DNA from: Polyangia bacterium
GTDB taxonomy: Bacteria; Myxococcota_A; Polyangia; Nannocystales; Nannocystaceae
Assembly (NCBI GenBank): GCA_030424595.1
Contig: JAUHWG010000011.1
Location: 193,130-257,129, forward strand
Direction: 5' to 3'
DNA: 64,000 nt
Of the stretch, positions 63,831 to 64,000 are shown piece after piece; within the stretch, counting starts at the first letter, position 1; every line of letters begins with the position of its first letter. The position numbers were made by a program, and so were the translations under genes. The notes beneath the pieces are model-generated. The model ran no database searches. It was not told the DNA's origin and saw only the letters and a list, made by a program, of their open reading frames with translations.

Positions 63831-64000
63831 ATGCGGACGCCAGCGATCGAGTTAGGGCAGGGGGAGATCCACGTCTGGGAGATCGACCCGACCGCCGTAG
63901 GGGCGCCGGAGCAGCTCGCCCGCTACGCCGCCTGGATGACCGAGGACGAGGCCGCCCGCCAGCAGCGCTTCCTCTTCGAGCGCCATCGCCACGCTTTTCT
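63831..64000 (+). CDS. 5' part of a 4'-phosphopantetheinyl transferase (Sfp/EntD type), truncated by the window end
   Basis: IHVWEIDP...LARYAAWMTEDEAARQQRFLFERHRHAF matches the N-terminal PPTase pattern (HVW...L..L...E..R..RF.F..DR..F). Confidence 0.55.
   Translation, partial: MRTPAIELGQGEIHVWEIDPTAVGAPEQLARYAAWMTEDEAARQQRFLFERHRHAF

Overview
The window is about 70% GC and looks like chromosomal DNA from a myxobacterium (Myxococcota). Three lines of evidence point that way: MYXO-CTERM sorting signals, Myxococcus cysteine-rich repeat proteins, and AgmX/PglI-type C-terminal domains. Eukaryotic-like Ser/Thr kinases and the near-absence of canonical intrinsic terminators fit the same picture. 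I find no rRNA, tRNA, CRISPR array, transposase or integrase. Coding density is high.

The many long antisense or overlapping ORFs in the six-frame track are GC-driven artefacts. I kept only frames that carry recognisable protein motifs or signal peptides.

Recognisable housekeeping genes:
- an acyl-CoA dehydrogenase, rluE, a MiaB/MtaB-like methylthiotransferase, and a HcnABC/LhpBEF-like three-gene FAD/[2Fe-2S] oxidoreductase set next to yggS and maf;
- recD2, the yebC-ruvC-ruvA block, ygiQ, typA, rlmE, a solitary rplC, tatD, holB, pspA, hemH, and a partial PPTase gene at the 3' edge.

Accessory-type content:
- a three-gene envelope cluster (20684-28435, minus strand): a proline-rich TM protein with an AgmX/PglI (TonB-C-like) periplasmic tail, followed by two large paralogous secreted proteins. 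A 14-bp tandem repeat array lies upstream, and a 13-bp-stem hairpin plus a (GGTCCT)n microsatellite lie inside the cluster. This is my best candidate for an undescribed envelope-spanning system.
- a canonical Ser/Thr kinase that carries the same AgmX/PglI-like tail;
- a Myxococcus-type LexA (SOS) box sitting in the spacer between a -35 and a -10 element, directly upstream of a 68-aa ORF;
- a translationally coupled HD-domain + nucleotidyltransferase pair;
- an EVE-domain protein fused to a histone-H1-like lysine-rich tail, next to a CYTH gene;
- a degenerate PEGA-domain pseudokinase-like protein.

Other oddities: two short duplications of gene 3' ends, a pseudogene-like remnant, low-GC promoter islets, and many intergenic and coding microsatellites.
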